From positions 1 through 61,265 of IMG/VR virus record IMGVR_UViG_3300037420_000518: DNA of 61,265 nucleotides; one strand, given 5' to 3'. Within the stretch, counting starts at the first letter, position 1. Each line of letters starts with the position of its first letter. Origin of the DNA: a virus. Of this stretch, positions 1-6,781 are shown in pieces. The notes under the pieces are model-generated. The model was not told where the DNA came from. It made no database searches and saw only the letters and a program-made list of their open reading frames with translations. A program made the position numbers and the translations under genes.

Positions 1-127
1 GCCAGAGATCACCAAGCGCGATCAACTCCGAAACCTAATCAAAGGAAGCGGAATCACCGAATCGCAGGTTTGCGCGTACAAGAGCGAGCTTTCAATCGAC
101 GGCATGAGCGACGAAACCGTGTCGGAT
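1..127. repeat. Terminal direct repeat copy A (127 bp), identical to 61139..61265. It is the assembly overlap of a circular or terminally redundant 61,138-bp genome
   Basis: Compared base by base: 1..127 equals 61139..61265 exactly. An ORF open at the window end continues in frame across the junction. Confidence 0.9.
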
Positions 128-184
128 CTCATTGAGTTTTGGGCCAATCACGCTCCGGAAATCATGAACCAAGGAAAGGAGTAA
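1..184 (+). CDS. 3' end of the putative single-strand annealing recombinase gene that starts at 60369 and wraps the junction
   Basis: The frame is open from base 1 to TAA 182..184. It is in frame with the ORF open at 61265 once the 127-bp overlap is collapsed (317 aa in total). Confidence 0.65.
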   Translation, partial: PEITKRDQLRNLIKGSGITESQVCAYKSELSIDGMSDETVSDLIEFWANHAPEIMNQGKE

Positions 185-185
185 C

Positions 186-1031
186 ATGACCCCAGGCGTA
201 CACATTGGTTTACCGGCAGAGAAGTATTTCAACTCCCCTGGAATTTCAGCTTCGATGCTCAAGATTCTGCGGGACAAAACCCCTCTGCACCTCAAGTGCA
301 TGATGGACCGCAGGGAAGACCCTGAGGCGACAGACTCACAAATCTTCGGTTCCCTCTTCCATTCATGGGTGCTGGAGCCTGAAAAGGTTGAATCCACGTT
401 CTATGTTCGCCCAACTGTTCTGGATGGCGAACCGTGGCATGGTAACCGGAAAGTCTGCAAGCAGTGGGTGTCAGACCATGGCGACCGTCAGATAGTCACG
501 CTCGACCAGATCGAGCACGTCAAAGGCATGTCCGAGGGGCTGCGGCGCAATAAACGGTTCATGGAACTATTTGAGTGTGGCGAGTCAGAGGTTTCCCTTG
601 CTGCCTTGGAGCCGAATAGCGGAATGATGCTACGCGGACGGCTGGACAGGTTCCACCGAACAACTCCGTACATTCTGGACCTGAAATCCTGCGTCTCCGC
701 TCACCCGGATGAATTCGGGAAAACACTCTGGAACTTCGGGTACTTCGCACAGGCGTTCTTTTACATCTGGTTGCGACAACTCTGCGGGTACGAGACCGAT
801 ACTTTCCATTTCGTGGCTGTGGAGAAAACGCCACCATACGCCAACAAGATTTATACCCTCCGGATTGGCAGCCCGTGGCTAGATGCTGGGGCGCTCATGG
901 TAAAGCGCGACTTGGCCCTATACGCTCACTGCGTTCTAAACGACTACTGGCCAGGATACGACCAAGAAGAAACAGAACCACTCATGCCACGCTGGGCAGC
1001 AAACGAACTCGCAGAAATCGGAGTCGCTTAA
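186..1031 (+). CDS. PD-(D/E)XK exonuclease (RecE/YqaJ-type, DUF3799-like), partner of the annealing protein
   Basis: 281 aa. 'GRLDRFHRTTPYILDLKS' fits a D...(D/E)xK nuclease core. The start lies 2 nt after the recombinase stop, and an SD AAGGAG lies upstream. Confidence 0.7.
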   Translation: MTPGVHIGLPAEKYFNSPGISASMLKILRDKTPLHLKCMMDRREDPEATDSQIFGSLFHSWVLEPEKVESTFYVRPTVLDGEPWHGNRKVCKQWVSDHGDRQIVTLDQIEHVKGMSEGLRRNKRFMELFECGESEVSLAALEPNSGMMLRGRLDRFHRTTPYILDLKSCVSAHPDEFGKTLWNFGYFAQAFFYIWLRQLCGYETDTFHFVAVEKTPPYANKIYTLRIGSPWLDAGALMVKRDLALYAHCVLNDYWPGYDQEETEPLMPRWAANELAEIGVA

Positions 1032-1035
1032 ATTT

Positions 1036-1359
1036 ATGATAAAGTTGAACATCGACGTAACAAAAATTCCGAAGGAGCGGATCAAATCCAAGCCTGAGTG
1101 GAAAGGGAAGTTCCTGGATGTGGTTTTGGTGGACAAGCCAGACGACAGGGGTAACGCCGGTTTTATTGCCGTGGAAGTATCCAAAGAAGAACGCCAATCT
1201 GGAGCACGCGGCGAGATTATTGGGAATTGGCGCTATATCGGAAGCAACAACCAGCAACAGGCAAGCGGATCACGCCAGGATCAACGCAGGCCACAGGGTA
1301 AGCCTACGCCGCCTCGGGATGTAGACCTTGACCCGGAGTCGGATGATTTAGATTTCTGA
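1036..1359 (+). CDS. Small SSB-like protein (107 aa) with an acidic C-terminal tip ...DPESDDLDF
   Basis: Third gene of the annealase/exonuclease module. It has a basic N-terminal domain, a Gln/Pro/Arg linker and an acidic tail ending in Phe, like SSB 'DDDIPF' and T7 gp2.5 tails. Confidence 0.45.
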   Translation: MIKLNIDVTKIPKERIKSKPEWKGKFLDVVLVDKPDDRGNAGFIAVEVSKEERQSGARGEIIGNWRYIGSNNQQQASGSRQDQRRPQGKPTPPRDVDLDPESDDLDF

Positions 1360-1368
1360 TCCAATTTG

Positions 1369-1493
1369 TGCAATCGGCGGCGTGGACGGTGACACGCTAA
1401 AAGAACAGTGCTGCTCTTTCTGGTTCGATCCCAGACTTGAACTTGGTAGGCGTGAAGGAAGTACACAGAAGGTTCAATTCCTTCCCGATTGCA
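1369..1493 (+). ncRNA. Oversize tRNA-like RNA (125 nt) with a 9-bp terminal helix, a D-like arm and two T-arm consensus hairpins, but no canonical anticodon arm
   Basis: Terminal helix 1369-1377/1485-1493. D-like arm GCGTG-GACGGTGA-CACGC at 1380-1397. T-arm GAAGG-TTCAATT-CCTTC at 1468-1484. Extra T-like arm TCTGG-TTCGATC-CCAGA at 1419-1435. Confidence 0.55.
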
Positions 1494-1524
1494 CCCATTT
1501 TCAACCCAATACAGACACACAAGC

Positions 1525-1752
1525 ATGACCCGTCAAGAATCACTGAAAACCGCTATCGCTGAAGCGAACCGATTTATAAAAAAGGCCAGGGAAGCCTTGA
1601 ATGTAGAAGATAACCGAAAAACAGCAGAATCCGAAGGCAAGTACGTGTATCACTACGATAAGCCTGGAGATTCGTGCAAATTCGCTTCCGCCGAGCGTTC
1701 CAGTATGGATTTAACGCGATGCTTAGCCCAGTTGAGGAAATCAGAGAGGTAA
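1525..1752 (+). CDS. Hypothetical protein (75 aa)
   Basis: The internal ATG at 1525 was chosen because the longer ORF (1489) would overlap the tRNA-like element. The protein is helical and charged. Confidence 0.55.
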   Translation: MTRQESLKTAIAEANRFIKKAREALNVEDNRKTAESEGKYVYHYDKPGDSCKFASAERSSMDLTRCLAQLRKSER

Positions 1753-1756
1753 TCCT

Positions 1757-2041
1757 ATGTCCCGAAAACCAACTCCCAAGAAGCCTAAGATAGACTGGAG
1801 CCAGAGAACGCTACTGGTTAATCCTGACAACGGAATGGTTGTTCAGACAAGCGGTAACTCAACCGAGAAATCGTTTGAGGCAACCGTAGTATGGACAGGA
1901 AAAAGTCCATTTGGACTTGGATATTACGGAAAAGCGTGGAGGAAGCTTTCCTTCAGCCTGTACGAAGGCGCAGTTCTCCTCTCTCGATTCCCTGAGCGTT
2001 TCCAGGTAACGGCTGTAGACCCTATCAAGGAGGCGAAATGA
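1757..2041 (+). CDS. Hypothetical protein (94 aa)
   Basis: An SD GAGAGG precedes the ATG at 1757. The stop overlaps the next start (ATGA). Confidence 0.6.
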   Translation: MSRKPTPKKPKIDWSQRTLLVNPDNGMVVQTSGNSTEKSFEATVVWTGKSPFGLGYYGKAWRKLSFSLYEGAVLLSRFPERFQVTAVDPIKEAK

Positions 2042-2199
2042 TGTATTTTTATTCAATTGTACTCTGTAATATTATCGGTATTACAAGGTTGTACTGTGGA
2101 GACACAGTATCCGCATCAGTTCTATTTGTAGGAAGCTGTCTTATTTGGTGCGCATTGGACATCCGTGACACGATCAGAGAAAATAAGGAGTCCAAATGA
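2038..2199 (+). CDS. Small hydrophobic protein (53 aa), not in the ORF track (<60 aa)
   Basis: SD AAGGAGG upstream. ATGA overlaps at both ends. The sequence 'MMYFYSIVLCNIIGITRLYCG...VLFVGSCLIWCAL' looks like a membrane peptide. Confidence 0.5.
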   Translation: MMYFYSIVLCNIIGITRLYCGDTVSASVLFVGSCLIWCALDIRDTIRENKESK

Positions 2200-2369
2200 T
2201 CGGCTGGCTATGGCGGGTTATCGTTGGCCGCTTCTCTTCGTGTGAGCACAAGTTTGAAGTGCATCAAGAAATTGACGTTGTTTCACCGTATGGAGGTAAA
2301 TGGCACGCCTACGATCTTAGGTGTGAGCACTGCGGAAAGATGAAGCGGTTTGATAGCAAGTCTAGATGA
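2196..2369 (+). CDS. Small Cys/His-rich protein (57 aa), not in the ORF track
   Basis: SD AAGGAG upstream and ATGA overlaps at both ends. Contains 'SCEHK...RCEHCGK'. Confidence 0.5.
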   Translation: MIGWLWRVIVGRFSSCEHKFEVHQEIDVVSPYGGKWHAYDLRCEHCGKMKRFDSKSR

Positions 2370-2685
2370 AACGCACCCGACTAAAGAGCGCCAGTAGTGA
2401 AAGAGCCAAACAGCTAAGGCAGTATAAGAAACTACGGGCTGAATATCTCAAGGAACATCCAATTTGTGAGGCTTGCGGAAAAACCCTTCTTACGACATCC
2501 ACCATAAGGTTTCCCGCGTTTCCGATTGGTTAAACTATACCCCTTACTGGATGGCTGTGTGCCGGGTTCCTTGTCACAATTTCATCCACCAACAACCCGC
2601 TATTGCGGAGGATCGAGGATGGATTATCCGCATCCGAGAAACTTTCAAAGAACACATTCAATCCCTGAACCAAGATGACCTATGA
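2366..2685 (+). pseudogene. HNH-type endonuclease reading frame split by a -1 frame change at the A5 run 2479..2483
   Basis: Frame A reads 'MKRTRLKS...HPICEACGK' and stops at 2531-2533. Frame B (the track ORF 2473..2685) continues 'NPSYDIHHKVSR...AVCRVPCHNFIH'. Joined, they give a contiguous CxxC...HH...CH..IH HNH core. Confidence 0.6.
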
Positions 2686-3029
2686 GCTACTGCCGATTCA
2701 GCAGTGATGATTACCAGTGTGACGTGTATTGCTACGCAGACGTTTGTGGTGGCTTCAGAACGCATGTTGCTTCCGTTCGGTTTGTGCTTTCTGGAAAGCT
2801 TCCGCCTCCCGTGGATAAAAGCGATATCACGGCTTGGCTTGCGCGACATAGAGCCGTCACCGTATTAGTCAAAGATTGTGAACGTGTTGACATTGGGTTG
2901 CCTTACGATGGTGAGGTTTTTAACGACGATACGGCACAGGAGGCAGCGGACAGATTAGAGATGTTGAAGTCGACCGGGTACAACGTCCCGCAATACGCAA
3001 TCGACGCCCTAAGAGACGAAGCAGATTAA
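2682..3029 (+). CDS. Hypothetical protein (115 aa)
   Basis: ATGA overlap with the upstream frame. Globular composition. Confidence 0.6.
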   Translation: MSYCRFSSDDYQCDVYCYADVCGGFRTHVASVRFVLSGKLPPPVDKSDITAWLARHRAVTVLVKDCERVDIGLPYDGEVFNDDTAQEAADRLEMLKSTGYNVPQYAIDALRDEAD

Positions 3030-3042
3030 CATTTCAAAGAAC

Positions 3043-3294
3043 ATGGACGAACTATTCCCTATCCCGAATACGCAGTCACCTCGACTTCAACAGTGGGTGG
3101 AACGGAACCAAGTACGTACAACACCGCCCATTGGTCTTCAAGGACCGTGGTGGATGGCATGGAGTCACGGCATTGAGGCATTTGGTGAAACTGAACTTGA
3201 GGCTCTTGAGAATCTTGCTGTACTCCTTGGTTCATCTTGGAAAGACGATAGCAAACCGGAACCTGAACAACAACCTGCACGGAACACGAGGTAA
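3043..3294 (+). CDS. Hypothetical protein (83 aa)
   Basis: Co-oriented ORF that fills its gap. The overlapping ORFs in other frames look like shadows. Confidence 0.5.
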   Translation: MDELFPIPNTQSPRLQQWVERNQVRTTPPIGLQGPWWMAWSHGIEAFGETELEALENLAVLLGSSWKDDSKPEPEQQPARNTR

Positions 3295-3300
3295 ATCCCG

Positions 3301-3708
3301 ATGCCTACTGATCTCCCAACAATAAAGAAGTGCCTTGAAACGCAAGACAACCGTATCACGGCGCACCCGATGTTCATCGTTCAACAGAAGCGCAAGATTT
3401 CCTCTGAGAATAGCGACGAATACGAGTGGGTGGATGATGAATGGTGTGAAGTCGATGCGAAAAAGTCCGCTGCCCTGGATAGATACTACGAGCGTTTCGA
3501 CCGTGCTCCAGAGGGCTACACGCGCCATCAAATCGCCATCATCTGGGAATTCGTAACCGCCTGCTTCACGGAACAGGGGTGCAAGGATTACATCGCTTGC
3601 AATGGTCACAACCTCCATGAGCCGCGCATCTACGTTGAGAGCGCCCACAGAAACGCCGAGTGGCAATTCTTGCGTGCTCACTTGATGGGAATTGAATTCC
3701 CTGAATAA
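3301..3708 (+). CDS. Hypothetical protein (135 aa)
   Basis: Co-oriented ORF with globular composition. The 159-aa minus-strand ORF over it is Arg/Leu-rich shadow. Confidence 0.6.
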   Translation: MPTDLPTIKKCLETQDNRITAHPMFIVQQKRKISSENSDEYEWVDDEWCEVDAKKSAALDRYYERFDRAPEGYTRHQIAIIWEFVTACFTEQGCKDYIACNGHNLHEPRIYVESAHRNAEWQFLRAHLMGIEFPE

Positions 3709-3754
3709 CAACCCGCCGCTAAGATGTGGTAAACCCTGACAAGTAGAATCCCTT

Positions 3755-4027
3755 ATGGCAAAAGCACTGTTTAATTTTCACTTTGACTGCGGCAGAGGCG
3801 GATCGCTTTACGGTACGTTCATTGCGGACACCGCTGACGTAGAAAAGCTGATTAAAAATGAGACCGAAATCTACTTCGGTGAAGTCCTTGGAAAGCACTC
3901 CGACATTTCAGGGCCAGTGGAGGAATGCGACATTACGAAAGTTACCGAAGACCAAGAACTAATTGAAAAGCTCCAAAGTCTCGGCATCGCGAATGGAATC
4001 AATCCTTTCGACTATTTGAACGGGTAA
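3755..4027 (+). CDS. Hypothetical acidic protein (90 aa)
   Basis: Co-oriented ORF rich in Glu and Asp. Confidence 0.55.
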   Translation: MAKALFNFHFDCGRGGSLYGTFIADTADVEKLIKNETEIYFGEVLGKHSDISGPVEECDITKVTEDQELIEKLQSLGIANGINPFDYLNG

Positions 4028-4189
4028 TCACTTCCTCTCCCAGAACCACTGAACAGGGCCAAGCATGGGAATAACCCGGCGTTTCCCACGGAGATCCGGG
4101 TTAACCCAAATGGCGGGTTTCCTCTCTTCTTTCTTGAGTTTAGGAAGCTGGCAAACGGGACAATTGTGCTGGTGTTTGGTGTTTTTCAT
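4028..4189 (-). CDS. Possible small CxxC protein (53 aa) on the opposite strand, not in the ORF track
   Basis: ATG at 4189 and TGA ending at 4028. 'MKNTKHQHNCPVCQLPKLKKEERK...' fills an otherwise empty 200-bp gap. No clear SD. Confidence 0.3.
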   Translation of the reverse strand: MKNTKHQHNCPVCQLPKLKKEERKPAIWVNPDLRGKRRVIPMLGPVQWFWERK

Positions 4190-4230
4190 TCGGCAACACT
4201 TCGTTTAACGCGGAAAAATCAGACGTACTT

Positions 4231-5043
4231 ATGAGTAACAAAATCCAAGTTTTTTCAAGCGGTGGAGGAACTCAATCAGCAGCCATTGCCGCTTTAATCA
4301 TTCAGGGTCGCCTTCCAAAGCCTGACTTCGTTGTGATCGCAGACACCGGGCGCGAGCGACAAACGACTTGGGACTACCTGGATTCGGTGATACGACCAGG
4401 ACTTAAGAAGGTTGGCCTTGAGGTTCACCGTATTGGTCCTGAATGGCAGAGCATTCCGGCGCATGGAAAAAACTGGAAGAGCCACAATAACGCAACAATC
4501 ATTCTTCCTGGGTACACGTCGCAGACCGGCTCAACTGGAAAGTTTAGCGGGTTCTGCTCTGCGCGGTGGAAGCAGGAGACGCGTGACAGATACCTTTCAA
4601 AGCAACTCGGTCTAACGCGTTCGATGTTCCGCTCATGGATAGGATTTTCGGTGGATGAGCCGAGACGATATTTGCGAATGATGAACGGTGAGGAATACAA
4701 GAAGGGTCAATTATGGTTTCCGTTAGTAGAAGGTGTTCGCCTGCGCCGATTCGAGTCCATTGATGTAGTCAAAAAGATGGGATGGCCGGAACCGCCTCGT
4801 TCGGCCTGCTATATGTGCCCGAACCAAGGCGACGATGAATGGATAGACCTAAAAGCCAATTCACCGCAAGAGTTCCAAATGGCTGTTGAGTTGGAGCGCC
4901 AGGTTCGACAGGAGGACCGGTTTTTCTGGTTCCATCCATCATGCGTCCCGCTGGATCAGGTAGACTTCACAAAGCCTACAGAGAGCAGCCAGATCGAGCT
5001 TTTCAACCGCAGGGAATGCAGTTCAGGAGTATGCTTTGTATGA
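4231..5043 (+). CDS. PP-loop ATP-pyrophosphatase family enzyme (PAPS-reductase-like)
   Basis: 270 aa. The N-terminal 'VFSSGGGTQSAAIAAL' matches the SGGxDS-type PP-loop. A C-terminal 'CYMCPNQ' Cys pair is present. Confidence 0.6.
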   Translation: MSNKIQVFSSGGGTQSAAIAALIIQGRLPKPDFVVIADTGRERQTTWDYLDSVIRPGLKKVGLEVHRIGPEWQSIPAHGKNWKSHNNATIILPGYTSQTGSTGKFSGFCSARWKQETRDRYLSKQLGLTRSMFRSWIGFSVDEPRRYLRMMNGEEYKKGQLWFPLVEGVRLRRFESIDVVKKMGWPEPPRSACYMCPNQGDDEWIDLKANSPQEFQMAVELERQVRQEDRFFWFHPSCVPLDQVDFTKPTESSQIELFNRRECSSGVCFV

Positions 5044-5201
5044 ACAAAAGATTATTATGGAAGGCGTTTCTAGGGTGTGTTATCGCAAACATCATTGCGC
5101 AGCCCATAGCCATTGTGCTTGATGCGCCTCCTAATTTGGGCGTTATGCTGGGATTTACGGTTTCAATGATCGTTTGCAGCGTACTCATTGCAAGGGCTTA
5201 A
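5040..5201 (+). CDS. Small membrane protein (53 aa)
   Basis: The internal ATG at 5040 overlaps the upstream stop (ATGA). Two hydrophobic stretches. Confidence 0.5.
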   Translation: MNKRLLWKAFLGCVIANIIAQPIAIVLDAPPNLGVMLGFTVSMIVCSVLIARA

Positions 5202-5203
5202 CC

Positions 5204-5377
5204 ATGACCCCCCTAGAGCAGCTACAGGCATACCTTCGCGTAAACCCGGAGGACCTTGAACAGGTCTTGGAGGGCATAGACAGGAATATACTGCGAGCCG
5301 GTTTCATGGGAAACGACGCCGAGGTTTTGCGCCTCCTGGAACTCAGCGGGAATTTGCTTTTGGATGCGGATAATTAA
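5204..5377 (+). CDS. Hypothetical protein (57 aa)
   Basis: The ATG at 5204 follows the previous stop by 2 nt. The longer track ORF (5174) would overlap. Confidence 0.45.
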   Translation: MTPLEQLQAYLRVNPEDLEQVLEGIDRNILRAGFMGNDAEVLRLLELSGNLLLDADN

Positions 5378-5398
5378 AATTTTTTTGTAGTTGCGTGT

Positions 5399-5411
5399 CA
5401 GTGAATCACTG
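5399..5411. promoter_or_regulatory. Palindrome CAGTGA-A-TCACTG inside a wider TTTGTA...TACAAA dyad; operator or hairpin candidate
   Basis: Perfect 6+1+6 inverted repeat in the 68-bp A/T-rich gap upstream of the T5orf172 gene. Confidence 0.35.
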
Positions 5412-5445
5412 ATTACAAAGTAGGGAAACAACGCGCTAACCACTG

Positions 5446-6075
5446 GTGGAAAGCGCCCGCACTAGCACTGCGGACCACAAAAAGAAGACTATGTTGACAA
5501 CCAGCCGTTTTTACAGCCCAGCAGTTGAAAAGTGCCGTCGTCTTACTACGGGTGCTACGCTTTTCAACGCTGGGCTGCTTCGTTCTATGGATCATCAGTT
5601 CCCCGGATTTGTTTATTTCATGAGGCACGGACGCACTGGTCTTATCAAGATCGGCTATTCGTCCAAGCCAGCGGCAAGAGAGAAGACGCTGCAAGCCGAA
5701 GATCCTGGATTAGAGCTTGTATTCTCGATGTCAGGAAGCCGTGAGACTGAACGGCGATTGCACTTGAAGTTTCACTCTAAGCGCGTCCGTGGTGAGTGGT
5801 TTTCTCTGGATTCAGACGACCTTGAAAATGCGGTAGGTGTGTTGGTTTCAGAGGAACTGAAACGCGTCAAGGTTGTGATGCAGCCGAAAAATCTCCCTAA
5901 TAAGTCGCTCCTTGACGAGAAACCGTCTACATCCGGTTACTATTTTGACAGGAGGGGCAGAAAGCACTGGTACTCATTAGGCGAATCAACCACCCCAGAA
6001 CCAAACCTAAACCCGTCGATCCCAGCCTCTAAAAGCCGTTTTGTAGCGATGAAGGAGGCGCTGGGACGTGGCTAA
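5446..6075 (+). CDS. T5orf172 / GIY-YIG-like domain protein
   Basis: 'GFVYFMRHGRTGLIKIGYSSKPAAREKTL...ERRLHLKFHSKRVRGEWFSL' matches the T5orf172 pattern. The start is uncertain: GTG 5446, ATG 5491 or ATG 5587. Confidence 0.6.
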   Translation: MESARTSTADHKKKTMLTTSRFYSPAVEKCRRLTTGATLFNAGLLRSMDHQFPGFVYFMRHGRTGLIKIGYSSKPAAREKTLQAEDPGLELVFSMSGSRETERRLHLKFHSKRVRGEWFSLDSDDLENAVGVLVSEELKRVKVVMQPKNLPNKSLLDEKPSTSGYYFDRRGRKHWYSLGESTTPEPNLNPSIPASKSRFVAMKEALGRG

Positions 6076-6781
6076 GAGATTTTCTGACACTAACCGTTTT
6101 GATGATCCTTGGTACTGCCAGCTCAGCCCAACGGCCAAGCTAACTTGGGAGTTCATCACCGCCAAGTGCGACAACGCAGGCGTTTGGGAGCCAAACTTCC
6201 ACATTGCTAAAGCATACCTTGGGGATTTTGATTTCAAGCGAATCCTGAAAGAGTTCGGAGACCGTATAAAAGTACTCACGAACGGAAAATGGTGGATTGT
6301 AAAATTTGTTCGATTCCAATACGGAGAGCTTCTCGAAACCTGTAGACCCCATGCGTCAGTGATAAGGCTTCTTAAGGCTCATGGCCTTTGGGAGTATTAC
6401 TTAGATACCCTATCCGAAGGGTATCCAAAGGGTATAGATACCCTTAAGGATAAGGATAAGGATAAGGATAAGGATAAGGATAAGGATAAGGATAATACCA
6501 CCGGTCAAACAGGAAAATCCTCAATCGAGGTAAATCCTCAGGTGTCCGTTCCAAATTTGGAGCAAGTGCTCAATGTGGCGTCAATGCGGGGTGTGGGGAA
6601 AGACATCGCTGAGAAGTTTTACTACACCATGATCGGATGCGGATGGGTAGATGAGCGTAAACGTCACGTGGTGGATTGGACGGCATACCTGGTTCGGTTT
6701 GGAACGAGCTGGAGAAGCGCGGATACCCCATCACAACGAGACCCTCAAAAAAGAACCGTACGCCAAATAACCGCCCTCTAA
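6068..6781 (+). CDS. Replication organiser/initiator-like protein with an internal (KD)8 linker
   Basis: GTG start preceded by AGGAGG. The gene overlaps the dnaB start (TAATG). The N-terminal domain 'WYCQLSPTAKLTWEFITAKCDNAGVWE' is typical of phage replisome organisers, judged from memory. Confidence 0.5.
   Translation: MAKRFSDTNRFDDPWYCQLSPTAKLTWEFITAKCDNAGVWEPNFHIAKAYLGDFDFKRILKEFGDRIKVLTNGKWWIVKFVRFQYGELLETCRPHASVIRLLKAHGLWEYYLDTLSEGYPKGIDTLKDKDKDKDKDKDKDKDNTTGQTGKSSIEVNPQVSVPNLEQVLNVASMRGVGKDIAEKFYYTMIGCGWVDERKRHVVDWTAYLVRFGTSWRSADTPSQRDPQKRTVRQITAL
6446..6493 (+). repeat. Perfect hexanucleotide microsatellite (AAGGAT)x8 encoding (KD)8
   Basis: Eight perfect tandem units counted within the replication-organiser ORF. 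Confidence 0.95.

Noticed and set aside
1419-1435. Reading the internal hairpin loop TTCGATC as an anticodon loop (anticodon CGA, tRNA-Ser)
   Set aside because: Position 37 would be U rather than a purine. The hairpin matches the G53-TTCGA-C61 T-arm consensus perfectly. About 21 unexplained nt would remain between the D-arm and this stem, and 32 nt after it.
1419-1442. Internal T-arm plus following 7 nt (CTTGAAC) as a phage attP copy of a host tRNA 3' end, or as the T-arm/acceptor of a separate tRNA
   Set aside because: No complementary 5' acceptor strand (GTTCAAG or G-U variants) lies upstream within tRNA distance. No integrase gene was recognisable anywhere in the genome.
2477-2485. Programmed -1 ribosomal frameshift in the HNH gene
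   Set aside because: G-GAA-AAA-C is not an X-XXY-YYZ slippery heptamer, because the P-site Gly codon cannot re-pair. No downstream pseudoknot is obvious. A homopolymer indel or pseudogene is more parsimonious.
3232-3711. 159-aa minus-strand ORF
   Set aside because: It is antisense to two co-oriented plus-strand ORFs of better composition. Its product is Arg/Leu/Phe-rich.
6446-6493. CRISPR-like array or replication iterons
   Set aside because: The units are 6 bp, contiguous with no spacers, and in frame within a gene. It is a coding microsatellite, not a CRISPR array, and is too short-period for typical iterons.
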